A DNA stretch of 64,000 nt, from NCBI RefSeq assembly GCF_036321535.1, contig NC_087437.1:117988001-118052000 (forward strand). Direction: 5' to 3'. Each line of letters opens with the position of its first letter. Positions within the stretch are counted from its first letter, which is position 1. Made by a program: the position numbers and the translations under genes. This stretch comes from Camelus dromedarius (taxonomy: Eukaryota). The notes under the pieces are model-generated. The model saw only the letters and a program-made list of their open reading frames with translations. It was not told the origin of the DNA and did no database searches. This document shows positions 1-12,412 of this stretch, piece by piece.

Positions 1-3000
1 CGTTAATATATATGCACCCAATATAGGAGCACCTAAGTACATAAAACAATTACTAACAGAGATAAAGGGGGATATTGATAGGAATACAATCATAGTTGGA
101 GATTTTAACACCACATTAACATCACTAGACAGATCTTCCAGACACAAAATAAATAAGGCAACAGAGAAATTAAATAATACAATAGAAAAATTAGATTTGG
201 TGGATATTTTCAGAGCATTACACCCCCCAAAAATAGGATACACATTCTTTTCAAGTGCACATGGAACATTTTCCAGGATTGATCATGTACTTGGGCACAA
301 AAGAAACCTCAGCAATTTTAAGAAGATAGAAATTATCTCAAGTATCTTTACTGACCACAATGAAATGAAACTAGAAATGAACAACAGAGAAACAAAGGAG
401 AACAAAGGAAGGCATGGATATTAAACAATATGTTATTATAAAACCAATAGGTCAATGAGGAAGTCAAAGCTGAAATTAAAAAATACCTTGAGACAAATGA
501 AAATGAAAGCACAACCACACAAAATTTATGGGACACAGCAAAGGCAGTGCTAAGAGGGAAGTTTATAGCGATACAGGCCTTCCTCAAAAAAGAAGAACAA
601 TCTCAAATAAACAATTTAACCCACCAGCTGAATGAACTAGAAAAAGAAGAACAAAAATCCCCAAAAGGCAGCAGAAGGAAGGAAATTATAAAGATTAGGG
701 AGGAAATAAATATAATACAGGTTAAAAAGACCATAGAAAAAATCAACCAAACCAAAAGCTGGTTTTTTGAAAAAGTAAACAAAATCGACAAACCTCTGGC
801 CAAACTCACAGGAAGAAAAAAGAGAGAGCACAAATTAGTAAAATAAGAAGGGAGAATGGAGAAATTACAACAAATAAAATAGAAATACAGAATATCATAT
901 GAGAATATTATGAAAAACTATATGGAACCGAACTGGATAATCTAGAGGAGATGGACATGTTTCTGGAAACATACTATCTACCAAGACTGAATCAAGAAGA
1001 AACTGAACACTTGAACAAACCGAACACTAGAAATGTAATCGAATTAGCAATAAAAAACCTCCCTACAAATAAAAGTCCAGGATCGGATAGCTTCACCGGG
1101 GAATTCTACCAAGCATTCAAAGAAGAATTCACACCAGTCCTTCTCAGACTCTTCCAGAAGATTGAAAAGGAGGGAATACTCCCAAACTCATTCTGTTAAG
1201 CCACCATCACCCTGATACCAAAAACACTACTTTACCAGGCAAAGACACTACCAAAAATGAGAATTATAGGCCAATATCACTGATGAACATAGATACCAAA
1301 ATCCTCACCAAAATATTAGCAAATAGAATCCAACAACACATAAAAAAGATTATACATCATGACAAAGTGGGGTTCATTCCAGGGACACAAGGGTGGTTCA
1401 ACAAATGCAAATCAATCAATGTAATACATCACATCAACAAGACAAAGGACAAAAACCACATGATCATCTCAATCGATGCAGAAAAAGCATTTGATAAAAT
1501 TCAACACCCATTTATGATCAAAACTCTCACCAAAGTGGGTATAGAGGGAACATGTCTCAACATAATAAAAGCTATATATGACAAACCTACAGCCAGCATA
1601 GTACTCAATGGTGAAAAACTCAAAAGCTTCCCACTAAAAGCTGGGACAAGACAAGGCTGCCCACTATCACCACTCCTATTCAAGATAGTCTTGGAAGTCC
1701 TAGCCACAGCAATCAGACAAGAGAGAGAAATAAAAGGGATCCAAATTGGAAAAGAAGAGGTAAAAGTGTCACTATATGCCAACGACATGTTGCTATATAT
1801 AGAAAACCCTAAAAGGTCCACAAAAAAACTACCAGAGCTGATCAAAGAATTCAGCAAGGTAGCAGGTTACAAGATTAATGTTCAAAAATCAGTGGCATTT
1901 CTTTACATTAATGATGAATCAACAGAAAAACAAAGTAAAGAAACAATCTCCTTTAAAATAGCACCCAAAGTAATAAAATACCTAGGAATAAATCTCACCA
2001 AGGAGGTGAAAGAATTATACACAGACAACTATAAACCATTGATGAAGGAAATTAAAGAAGACTTTAAAAAATGGAAAGATATCCCACGCTCTTGGATTGG
2101 AAGAATCAATATTGTTAAAATGGTCACACTGCCGAAGGCAATCTACAGATTTAATGCAATCCCTATCAAATTACCCAGGACATATTTCACAGAACTAGAA
2201 CAAATCATGATAAAATTTATATGGAACCATCAAAGACCTAGAATTGCCAAAGCATTACTGAAGAAAAAGAGGCTGGAGGAATAACTCTCCCAGACTTCAG
2301 ACAATACTATAGAGGTACAGTCATCAAGACAGCATGGTATTGGTACAAAAACAGACATACAGACCAATGGAACAGAATAGAGAGCCCAGAAATGAACCCA
2401 CAAACTTTTGGTCAACTAATCTTTGACAAAGGAGGCAAGAACATACAGTGAAATAAAGACAGTCTCTTCACCAAATGGTGTTGGGAAAACTGGACAGCAG
2501 CATGTAAAGCAATGAAGCTAGAACACTCCCTTACACCATACACAAAAACAAACTCAAAATGGATCGAAGAGTTAAACATAAGACAAGATACAATAAACCT
2601 CCTAGAGGAAAATATAGGCAAAACATTATCTGACATACCTCTCAAAAATTTTCTCCCAGAAGAAATAAAAGCAAGAATAAACAAATGAGACTTAATTAAA
2701 CTTACAAGCTCCTGCACAGCAAAAGAAACCATAAGTAAAACAAAAAGACAACCTACGGAATGGAAAAAAATTTTTGCAAATGAAACCGACAAAGGCTTGA
2801 TCTCCAGAATATATAAGCAGCTCATACGACTCAATAAGAAAAAAATAAACAACCCAATCCAAAAACGGGAAGAAGACCTAAACAAGCAATTCTCCAAGGA
2901 AGACATACAAATGATCAATAGGCACATGAAAAAATGCTCAATATCACTAATTATCAGAGAAATGAAATCAAAACTACATTGAGGTATCACCTCACACCAG

Positions 3001-3478
3001 TTAGAATGGCCATCATTCAAAAATCCACAAATGACAAATGCTGGAGAGGCTGTGGAGAAAAGGGAACCCTCCTTCACTGCTGGTGGGGATGCAGTTTGGT
3101 ACAGCCACTGTGGAACACTCCACAGTATGGAGATTCCTCATAAGACTAGGAATAGACTTACCATATGACCCAGGAATCCCGCTCCTGGGCATATATCCAG
3201 AAGGAACCTTACTTCAGGATGACACCTGCACCCCAATGTTCATAGCAGCATTATTTACAATAGCCAAGACATGGAAACAGCCTAAATGTCCATCAACAGG
3301 TGACTGGATAAAGAAAATGTGGTGTATTTATACAATAGAATACTTCTCAGCCATAAAGACCGACTACGTAACGCCATTTGCAGCAGCATGGATGCTCCTG
3401 GAGAATGTCATTCTAAGTGAAGTAAGCCAGAAAGAGAAAGAAAAATACCATATGAGATTGCTCATATGTGGAATCTAA
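1..3478 (+). pseudogene. Disabled L1 ORF2 (endonuclease/reverse transcriptase)
   Basis: Reading frame is broken into pieces (197-424, 547-846, 951-1199, 1283-2284, 2934-3143, 3038-3478) by stops and frameshifts. The RT catalytic motif reads YAND (1775-1786) instead of (F/Y)ADD. Confidence 0.93.
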
Positions 3479-3803
3479 AAAACAAACAAAGCATAAATAC
3501 AAAACAGAAATAGACTCACAGACATAGAATATAAACTTGTGGTTGCCAAGGGGGCGGAGGGTGGGAAGAGAGAGACTGGGATTTCAAAATTGTAAAAGAG
3601 ATAAACAAGATTATACTGTATAGCATAGGGAAATATATACAAGATCTTATGGTAGCTCACAAAGAAAAAAATGTGACAATGAATATATACATGTTCATGT
3701 GTAACTGAAAATTTGTGCTCTACCCTGGAATTTGACACAACATTGTAAAATGATTATAAATCAATAAAAAACGTTAAAAAATAAACAATAATAATAAAAA
3801 AAA
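1..3803 (+). mobile_element. Relatively young LINE-1: ORF2 (EN end, RT, Cys-rich domain), 3'UTR and A-rich tail; 5' part lies outside the window
   Basis: ORF fragments carry L1 ORF2 motifs ([58 protein letters not shown]). ORF2 ends at 3478, followed by a G-rich 3'UTR, AATAAA at 3763 and an A-rich tail to 3803. Confidence 0.98.
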
Positions 3804-6170
3804 GACAGGCAAAAATACGTTAGTAGCAAGGTATTTTAATTTACCTCTCTCAGCCCATGACTGATCAAATACACATAAACAGTGAAGTTAATGAAGATTT
3901 AAACCACATAGTTAACATGTTAGATCTGTATTTAACTTACTTACTTCCAGAACCCAAGGAAAAAAACTGCCACTCTTGAAGACATGTTAGGCCACCAAAA
4001 AAATTCATTAAATTTTTGCATGTAGAAATGATACAAAACAGAACTTTCTTTGAACACAATACGACAGAACTGCTATTAAACAGGATTTCCCACATGGAAT
4101 TTGCTCTTGAGTCACAAAAAAGACCAAAACGGAGATTGGAGAACATCTGTAAAATAACGTCAGTGTGTTTAGTTCATGTCAGAACCTATGTACTATACCA
4201 AAATCAATACTCAGAAGAAATTTTATAGCCTTGCACAGTCATATAAGGAATAAGAAAGCATGAAAATCAGTACCCAATTTAAATAATTCAGAAAAAGATC
4301 AATAAAATATATACAAGTGAAACAGGAGAAAATTAATTAAAAATAAAATAAATGTAAGAATCAATGCATTAGAAAGCAAACTGATATTAGAACTATTAAA
4401 TAGACATAAAGTTTTAAATAACAAAATAGATAAATGATTGGTTAAACTAACCAAGAAAAGGGAAACGAATCACAGACAGTGATAAAATTAACTGCGATAA
4501 CACACAACTTGATAAGAGACAGAAATTAGAACCATGCATATTAAAAAAAAAGAAATTATCATTCTTTGGATACAATATAATTGCATAACTGAAAAGTTAA
4601 TGAGAATCAATTGAAAAACTATTACAAATAGTAAAAATAATTCTGCAAAGTGACTGAGTATAAAATAAAAGGTAAAAATAGACTGCCAAAGGATATGCAA
4701 ACAACCACCCTTTTTGAATCTAAGATCCTAGTCACAACAGGAACAGAAGAATAAATGTATACAAACCATATGAACAACATGTTGAAATACTTCTCAGATA
4801 TACAAAAGGACATTTGAATAAGTGGAATGACAGATCTTTTTTATGATGAGAGCACTTGATGCCCTAAAAAAAGGCAATTCTTGAATTAGTCTATACCTTT
4901 CAGCCAACAATAATGAAATACCAAACAGATTTTTTCCAGACAGATAATCTAATTTCAGAGCAAACATGTAAAAACAGCCAGAAAAATTAATCTTAAAAAA
5001 ATGAGTAAATAAGTCAGAAATATATCTACCAGATATTTAAACATATTTTAAGACTGTGGCAGGGTGCACTGATAGACAGACAGAAGAATAGAACTGAAAG
5101 GAAAGACCAGAAAGACAAATAAATATAATTTTTTTAGTGCATGATAAACACTTTGGAAAAAAATTGAAGTGGTACACCTAACCAACTTGTCAAATTAAAA
5201 CAATTTCCAGAGATTTAAAAAACACAAATAAAATAATGTAATCAAGAGAAGAAAAGTGGAAAATTTTTGTTTTATATAACCTAAGACAGGGAACATTTTT
5301 CTAAGTATGATGCAAAACTGTGATGTCATAAAACAATTTGTAAATTCAGTCACATAAAAATAAAATATTTCAGTAAGGCAAAATCAAAGGCAAACAAAGT
5401 AAGAAAAATTTTTGTAATTCATATCATGGGAAAGATAGTTCCTTAAACTGTGATAAAATCCTACAAATAAGTCATGAAAGAAAATCAACCACTCAAAAGA
5501 AACATAGATGAAGGATCTAAATCAATGGTTAACTGAAAAAGAAATATGATTGTGAAGGAATATATGAAAAAACACTTGATTCATTCATCAGAGATGTTAA
5601 TCAATTATATGAGATACTGTTTTCAGCTCACACGGAGGCAGAAATAAAAATGACTGATGACACGAGCTAGCTAAGAATGTGCAGACACACACATACAGCA
5701 CCGATAGGTGTGAAAGTGGACAGAAGACCTCAAGAGACATAACTTGGCAATCTGTATCAGATTTTAACCTTTGATTCATAAGGTTCAGTTCCTGAAATTG
5801 ATATAACAGATACACAGGCCATATGCAAACTTACTAATTTATAAGAATATTAATTTAGCCCTGTTTGTAATTATCAAAGAACTGAACAATACAATGTTCA
5901 TCAACAAAGGACTGGCTAAGTAAACTGAAGTACATTTATGAAATAGAAACTATACAGCCATTGAAAAGAATGAGGAAGCTGATGTGAATTAAATTATTAT
6001 TCAGAAAAATGAGTTATAGTCTACCACTTGTGCAAATAAATTATATATTTGCATATGTTTGTAGATGCAAAGAACATCTTCCAAAGGATACCCAATGAAC
6101 TAGTAACAATTTGCCTATGAAGTAGCGAATTGGTGACTGCAGGCAGAGATGTATAACTCTTATAAAACAG
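3804..6170 (+). mobile_element. Ancient, highly diverged L1 (L1M/L1ME-like): ORF2 remnant to 3' end
   Basis: A-rich sequence resembling the L1 EN region (tagtagcaaggtattttaatttacctctctcag), the ORF2 body and an L1ME-type 3' end (aaactatacagccattgaaaagaatgaggaagc). No intact ORF. Confidence 0.75.
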
Positions 6171-6182
6171 TGACAGTTACAC

Positions 6183-6235
6183 AATAATAATAATAGCTAA
6201 GATTTTCTAAAATTCCCTTGCCAGAATCTGGTCTG

Positions 6236-6284
<49 letters not shown>

Positions 6285-6440
6285 ACATCCATCCATCCAT
6301 CCATCCATCTATCATCATCTATCTAAAACCCACATATTTAATCTTATCTTAACACTGTGAGGCAGGTACATTAAGTCCTTGACTTCTAGCAATTTAGAGA
6401 AGTTCAATAATCTGCTCCAGGTCACCCCACCCTGCTCTGA
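6183..6440 (-). mobile_element. MIR SINE interrupted by a microsatellite
   Basis: Begins aataataataatagctaa (reverse complement of the MIR 3' end). Core-like ctgtgaggcaggtac...caggtcac resumes after the STR. Confidence 0.55.
6236..6325. repeat. Compound microsatellite (TCTA)12 followed by (TCCA)n/TCTA
   Basis: Read directly: perfect TCTA run 6236-6283, then a CCAT run. Confidence 0.97.
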
Positions 6441-6502
6441 AGTGTAAAGCTGGCTTCACAGTCAATCTCTCAGCCCCTGGATTTTGGAGTCGAGAAGGCA
6501 AG

Positions 6503-6949
6503 TGTGATAGGCAGAACATTGCCCAGAGACGTTCACATCCAGTTCCCAGAACCTGTGAATAAATCAGCTGATCTTAAAGTAGGAAGATTATGCAGGATTA
6601 TTCAGGTGGGCCCAATGTAAAGATGAGGGTCCTCAAAGGTGCAAGTGAGAATCCGAAGAGTCAATGTCAGAAAGACTTGACCAGCCATTGATGCCTTTGA
6701 AGACAGAAGGGGACTGCGAGCTAAGGAATGCAGGTAGTCTATAGAAGCTGGAAAAGGCAAGAAACCTTTTTCTCCTCTGGAGCCTCCAGAAGGAGACACG
6801 GCCCTTTCAACAACCTGATTTTAGCCCAGTGAGACCCATGTAGCCCACTGGACTGCTGGTGTCCACACCTGGAAGACACTAGCCTTGTGTTGTCCTAAGC
6901 TACTTATATTTGTACTATTTTGTTAAATCAGCAACAGGAAATTAATACA
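6503..6949 (+). mobile_element. MaLR solo LTR (MLT1D-like)
   Basis: TG...CA termini (tgtgataggcagaac...ggaaattaataca). Internal ggattattcaggtgggcccaatgtaa and ctggagcctccagaagg are typical of MLT1. Confidence 0.85.
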
Positions 6950-7136
6950 GTGGATAAGAACAGAAAAATGACTATAGGAAGGTAAGAAGGCAGGAGGGAG
7001 CAGAAGGGATTTAAACCCGCTTCCTTCCTCCTAGAAGCCCCTTCCTGCAAGCGCCCACAAGCTTTCACACAGGCACTATGTGAGACCGCAGCAGTACCGC
7101 CTGCAGCCAAACCCAGGTGTGTCCCTCAGCCGAGCT

Positions 7137-7318
7137 CAGTGGCTCTCGTGGATGGTCCTCACACCGGCAGCAGTGCCACCTGAGAACTGGTTACAAAAGC
7201 AAATTCTTGGACCCCTCTTAGGATATCTGGAATCAGAAACTATGAGAGTGGTGGCCAACAATCTGGTTTAACAAGCCCTACAAGTAATTCTGAAGTGATG
7301 CTTGTCCGAGAACCATTG
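7137..7318 (+). mobile_element. MER5A-like hAT-Charlie MITE
   Basis: cagtggctctc...gagaaccattg termini, with internal gaatcagaaact and ttaacaagccct motifs. Confidence 0.8.
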
Positions 7319-7347
7319 CCTTAATGTAGCTGTTGGTTGAGGCTGGG

Positions 7348-7440
7348 CAGTGACTCCTAAACTTTACAGCATGTTGGAATCACTTGGAGCTTTTAAAAAA
7401 AATCCCAGTGCCCAGCTGCAACTGAATTAAAATGTTCAAG
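7348..7440. mobile_element. MER5-family fragment
   Basis: cagtgactcctaaacttt...gaatcacttggagcttttaaaaa resembles a MER5A1/MER5B end. Confidence 0.5.
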
Positions 7441-8224
7441 CGTGGGAGGTAGGTATCAGAAAAATAACCCATTCAAATTGATATATATCAACACTAGAAA
7501 CTGTGTCTGATTAAATATAATGAGTTGAGTTGACTCATTCACTCGGAGAATAAAATTATGTTCTTTTTAAAGGGCACTGCAGCTAAGTCTTGAGATATTT
7601 AAGAAAGGAACAGTGACCCTTTCTTCTGGAACAACTTGTTTGACTATAAGCATGTTTGGTAAAAAAAAATATTTTCTGCAAGATTGTCAAATTCTCAGGT
7701 CTGTTTGTTTTTTTAAAGCATAAAAATAAAAGAAGAGCATATCCTTGCTGTTTTGGGTGACAGAATCATGCCTGCAAAAATCTCAAAAAGACCGTGAAAT
7801 ATGCAGATGTGGTCACAAGGGGTGCAATATAAATGGAACTGTTGCTCAAAAAGAAATGCCAGCATCCCACAGACATATGCACAGTCCCATCTGTGATTCT
7901 AAATTCATTGCTCATGAACAACTAGGGAATTGCTGGGGATCAGAAGCGATCTGCACGTTCATGCTTTCAGAAACAAGGCAACATACAGCCTAGATACATC
8001 TACCCTCCTGGAACTTGAGATAAATGACACTCGCCCCGGTCTAGACCCACTTCTGCACTAAACACCACCTTCCAGTCCTGAAACTCTTTGATTTAAGCAG
8101 ACAGCCTCCAATGCCGTCGGCAACTTCTGCAGGACTGGTAATCTGTAACCCACACAGTCCCAGGGCTGGAGGTTGAGGAGGGACAGTATAGTCCAGGCCA
8201 TTCTTTGAAAGCCTGAATCCCCTC

Positions 8225-8400
8225 CATGGCAATTCTGACAAGCAGGTCTCCATCTTCTGCTTGAATACTCACAGAGATGGGGAACTCACTACCTCATAAG
8301 GCAGCCCATTCTATTTTTTAAAATATTGTTTTTAATAGTTCAATTCTTCCTTACATGGACCTGAAACTGCTTTTTTCCCCCAGCTTCATATTTCTGCCTT
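8225..8400 (-). mobile_element. CR1/L3-like LINE fragment
   Basis: ctgcttgaatac...gatggggaactcactacctc...ggcagcccattc is characteristic of L3/CR1 remnants. Confidence 0.6.
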
Positions 8401-8865
8401 CACTGTTCAAGTGAGAAGGGGAATCACTATGACAAATGTGTCCTTCTGACCCTTGCAGATAACTAACACACCTCTTTTCTCCACTTTACATACCCTTCAC
8501 TTTTCTCAAGGCAAAATGATAGCAACTCTTTGGGGCCATCTCAAAGGGCTTTTGAACTGCTGAGAGGGGACATCAAGGCTCCAAGGACATTGGGACTTCT
8601 CCATGACCTAACATACAGGTTTGATTTCTCTGGTTTCCAGAAACATTCATAAAACTTAATTAAAATTAGCTGATCATCATCTCAAAAAAAAAAAAACTTA
8701 GTTTTTCCCTAATGCAGTTATATTTGAAAGTTTCAAAAAATTTTTAGTTAACTTTGTTATTCTTTTTATTAATTTTTTTCTATATTTTCAGGAACTTTAA
8801 AATAACTGGATCTCATGAATCTAGAATTTAAGCTGAAGGATAAATATACTAGGCTGTATCTAACT

Positions 8866-8884
8866 TTACCACCAGAGGGCTCCC
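8866..8884 (+). promoter_or_regulatory. Candidate CTCF site, forward orientation
   Basis: CCACCAGAGGGCTC at 8869-8882 is one mismatch from the CCASYAGRKGGCRS core and lies in AT-rich flanks. Confidence 0.55.
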
Positions 8885-9134
8885 ACATTTTGGTTATTAG
8901 TACTTTACCCGCATTTAAACAATTAAGAAAATAAAGAGGATTTGTAGAAACAGCAATCAAGTTTAAATGTAAGTCGTTACTGACACAACAATAAATCAGA
9001 ATTTTTAAAATTTGATTTGCCTTTGTTTCTTAACCCCAACACCGTAACTCTTTACACACACACATGCACACACATTTAACCCAACTTACGTAGTAGTTAA
9101 TAGATCTTTATCCACAAATGTATTTAATTTTTAA

Positions 9135-9640
9135 ATTTTTTTTCTAAATTTTTTAAGGTTATTTTCCATTTAGAGTTATTACAAAATATTGGCTCTATTC
9201 CCTGTGTCGTACGATGCATCCCTGAGCTTGTCTTACACCCAGCAGTTCGCACCTCCCAGTCCCTACCCCGATACTGCCTCCCCCCACACTAGTTTGTTCT
9301 CTGTATCTGTGAGTCTGCTTCTTTTTTTATTATAGTTTCACTAGTTTGTGGTATGTTTTAGACTCCATGTATAAGTGGTATCATACAGTATGTCTTTCTT
9401 TGTCTGACTTACTTCACTTAGCACAATGTCCTCCAAGTCCATCCCTGTTGCTGCAAATGGCAAAATTTTATTCTTTTTTTAATGTTTAAGTAGTATTGTA
9501 TTGTATATACACTCAGCCATTAAACAAATAATACATGTATATATCACACCTTCTTTATCCAGTCATCTGGTGATGGGCATTTAGGTTGCTTCCATGTCTT
9601 GCCTATCGTAAATAATGTTGTGATGAACACTGGGGAGCTG
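9135..9640 (-). mobile_element. L1 3' end fragment (laurasiatherian/artiodactyl type)
   Basis: T-rich start, then ctagtttgttctctgtatctgtgagtctg and gcaaatggcaaaattttattcttt, which are antisense L1 3'UTR/ORF2-end sequence. Confidence 0.9.
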
Positions 9641-10867
9641 ACTATGGGACAAACTAACTCTATCGCATTATGATCCAGCTATGGAAAAAAAAGTCCTTTG
9701 TCAAACAGGAAAAAAAAATGCTCCCTCTAAACATGTATTGAGAATAAATTTTATTTATAAATGAGAAGACTGAGGGCAAGATACTGATTCAGAAATCCTT
9801 CAGTGTAATAAAAGAAGAGGAAATGACATGCCTCCTGTGATCTGAAGAAAAACAATGCAGCAAAAGAAAGTTCTTCACATTAGAACATGTATCATTGCAT
9901 CACATTTATTTATTTTTCTAGATAAATAAATAGGGTCCTTAATAAAAATAATAAAAATTTAAAAAACTCACAAATCTATTTAAATTTTTATCATCTGTTT
10001 GTCTATATCTGTAGAAATTATCACTATTTACGTGGAAGAATGAATGCTCTACTTTCAGAAATATATAGCTTTGCAAAGGCATATATTCAGAAGTATGAAA
10101 GAAGGCATGAAGTGAATTTGCCTATCAAATTGAAAATGATAAGAGATAATGCTTAAAGTTGGGAACCGTAAGAGTTGAGCCATCACTCTTACACAAACTT
10201 GTTAGAAATGCAATTTGTTTATTTTGGAGGGTAATTTGGAAAATTACGGTATACTGTAAAAAATGCATGCATTTTAATTGGAGTACCTCATCTAGGCGTG
10301 GATAAAAGAGACATGCACAAATATTGGATTTTTTTCTAACAACAATGTTTATAGCAGTGAAAATGGAGGGAGAAGACTAAAGGTTCATCAACAAGAAATT
10401 AGTTTAAAAAAACAATTCCATAGTAGAGAGAGACTGAGAGAGACAAGAAGCAAGAGAAGGAGATGAAGGGGAAGAGAGAAGGGACAGAGAGGAAAACAAA
10501 TACCAGTTTGGAGCCTCCAGTATTTTGGGGCCACTACAAAACGTCCACAAGCCCAAGGCCCACTCTCTGAAGCAGGACGCGGATGGAAGAGCAGCAGGTG
10601 TGTACACATAAGGATGGGTAACCAAGGATAACTTTTTTTTCCGCCCACACAGAAGCCTGGAACAACCCAGGGACTGGGGGCACCAGATACTTGTGATGTT
10701 TGGTGTGAGCAGGGGCTTGACAAGGAGACACTCCTGAAAACCCCAAGGTCCTCATCACCCCCACACATTCACACGACCACCCTTCTCGCACCTTCTCAGT
10801 AGCCTAAAGATTTACTCTCTGGCTACATAGAAACAGAGCTTTTGGGTATTTAAAATATAAGTGTAAC

Positions 10868-11148
10868 TTATGGTTACCAGGGAGTGGGAAGGGATAAATT
10901 GGGAGCTCGAGATTTACAGATACACACTAGTACAGATAAAATAGATAAACAGCAAGTTTCCACTGTGCAGCACAGGGAACTCTTCAGTATCTTGTAGTAA
11001 TCTATAATGAAAAAGAATATGAAAACAAATATACGTATATATAGGTATGACTGAACTATTATGCTATACACCGGAAACTGACACCACACTGTAAACTGAC
11101 TATACTTCAACAAAAAAAGAGAAAAATAAAAATTAATTAATTAATTAA
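10868..11148 (+). mobile_element. 5'-truncated L1 3'UTR fragment
   Basis: ggttaccagggagtgggaagggataaattgggag...actgactatacttcaa plus A tail. Similar to the copies at 20.7, 45.9, 54.1 and 63.8 kb. Confidence 0.9.
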
Positions 11149-12235
11149 GATGTAGAATATTTTAGAAAGTTAATATGAAGACAAGAAGAAAAAGCTGAAG
11201 AAATTTTCTGGACTGTCAAGCAAAAAAGACAAGATTTGGAGAATTAAAGAATAAAGATTTAAAATATGAGCAAACAATGGAGTCCCAGCAGGGAAGAAGG
11301 CTGGAAATTGCTGGGGAGGGGGATTGTCCAAGAAGTGCTAAGAGGGAACTGCCCCGCCTTGAGGGTCAGGAATGTTTGCACCGTGGTGGTCACTTAACGT
11401 CCAGTGTAGTGAATGAAGCAAGACCTACAGCTGGAGTCATCCTCATAACATTACGGGATGTCAGGGATTAAGAGAAAGGCCTGGATATTTCCAAGGAGAA
11501 AAAATAAAAGTGTGTTTACTACCAAAGATCAGGAAATGAAATGGCAACAACCTTGGGGTCTAATAAGCAATGAAAAAATTATTTCATATGAAATGATTTT
11601 AAGTTTCTGAGAGAAGAATTATTTTCAGATTTATTAAATTCTTTTACCAAACTTAAGTTCTTAAAAATGTACTTCCCATGCACCCTTTCTTGGAAGTGAC
11701 CAGATGGAGGAGAGAGAAAGATAACCCAGAGGGAGATACAGAAAATCTAACATCTAACAACAGGGACAAGTGCACGGACACCTGAGGGTCACAGGACGGG
11801 GCAGAGGCCCCGCCAGGAGGCGGGGAGGCAGCGGCCACTTCAGACTGGCAGCGAGCGGAGGGGCTGAGGAAGCCCTTTGCCGGGAAAACAAACTGGAACT
11901 GATAAATTCCCTGACACACCTGGCCATGCAGAAAACTGTTCTGGGCTGTGCACTGTGGAAGTCTTAGCTGTTTAAAGCAAAAAAGGGGAAATGCAATCAT
12001 AGTACACTACCTGTCTCAGCAGTTAATACTTATTTACATGGTTATAATGGATGTGACTAAAAACTGAGAAATACTAGGAGCATGGTGATACGGGGTATGT
12101 GACTAAATTTCTCGTCTATCATAACATGAAGTCAGTTGATACATAAATCAAAGTAAATACCAAAAAGACTAGTAAAAACAATGAAAGTGATTGCCTTTAT
12201 GGAGGGAAGTTGGGGAACGTTATTACAAATTCTTT

Positions 12236-12298
12236 TTTTCTTTAATTTTTTTTCCTTCCAGTTTTATTGAGATATAATTGACATACAGCCCTGTATAC
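12236..12298 (-). mobile_element. Very short L1 3' terminus
   Basis: Reverse complement tacagggctgtatgtcaattatatctcaataaaactggaagg closely matches the L1 end at 59679-59725. Confidence 0.75.
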
Positions 12299-12309
12299 TT
12301 TTTCCCCCC

Positions 12310-12412
12310 GGGGGGAGGTAATTAAGATTTTTTAATGGAGGCGCTGGGGATTGAACCCAGGACCTCATGCTTACTAGGCATATGTTCTACAACTGAGCTA
12401 TAGCCTCCCTCC
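12310..12412 (-). mobile_element. tRNA-derived SINE (Vic-1-like, camelid)
   Basis: Reverse complement gggaggctatagctcagttgtaga...gggttcaatcccc has Pol III A and B boxes and the tail taattacctcccccc. Confidence 0.88.

Noticed and set aside
2412..3077. 221-aa and other hydrophobic minus-strand ORFs over L1
   Set aside because: Antisense shadows of A-rich L1 ORF2, a common artefact.
12310..12412. tRNA gene-like A/B boxes (also at 28.4, 34.3 and 63.7 kb)
   Set aside because: These are SINE heads with family-specific tails and divergent stems, not real tRNA genes.
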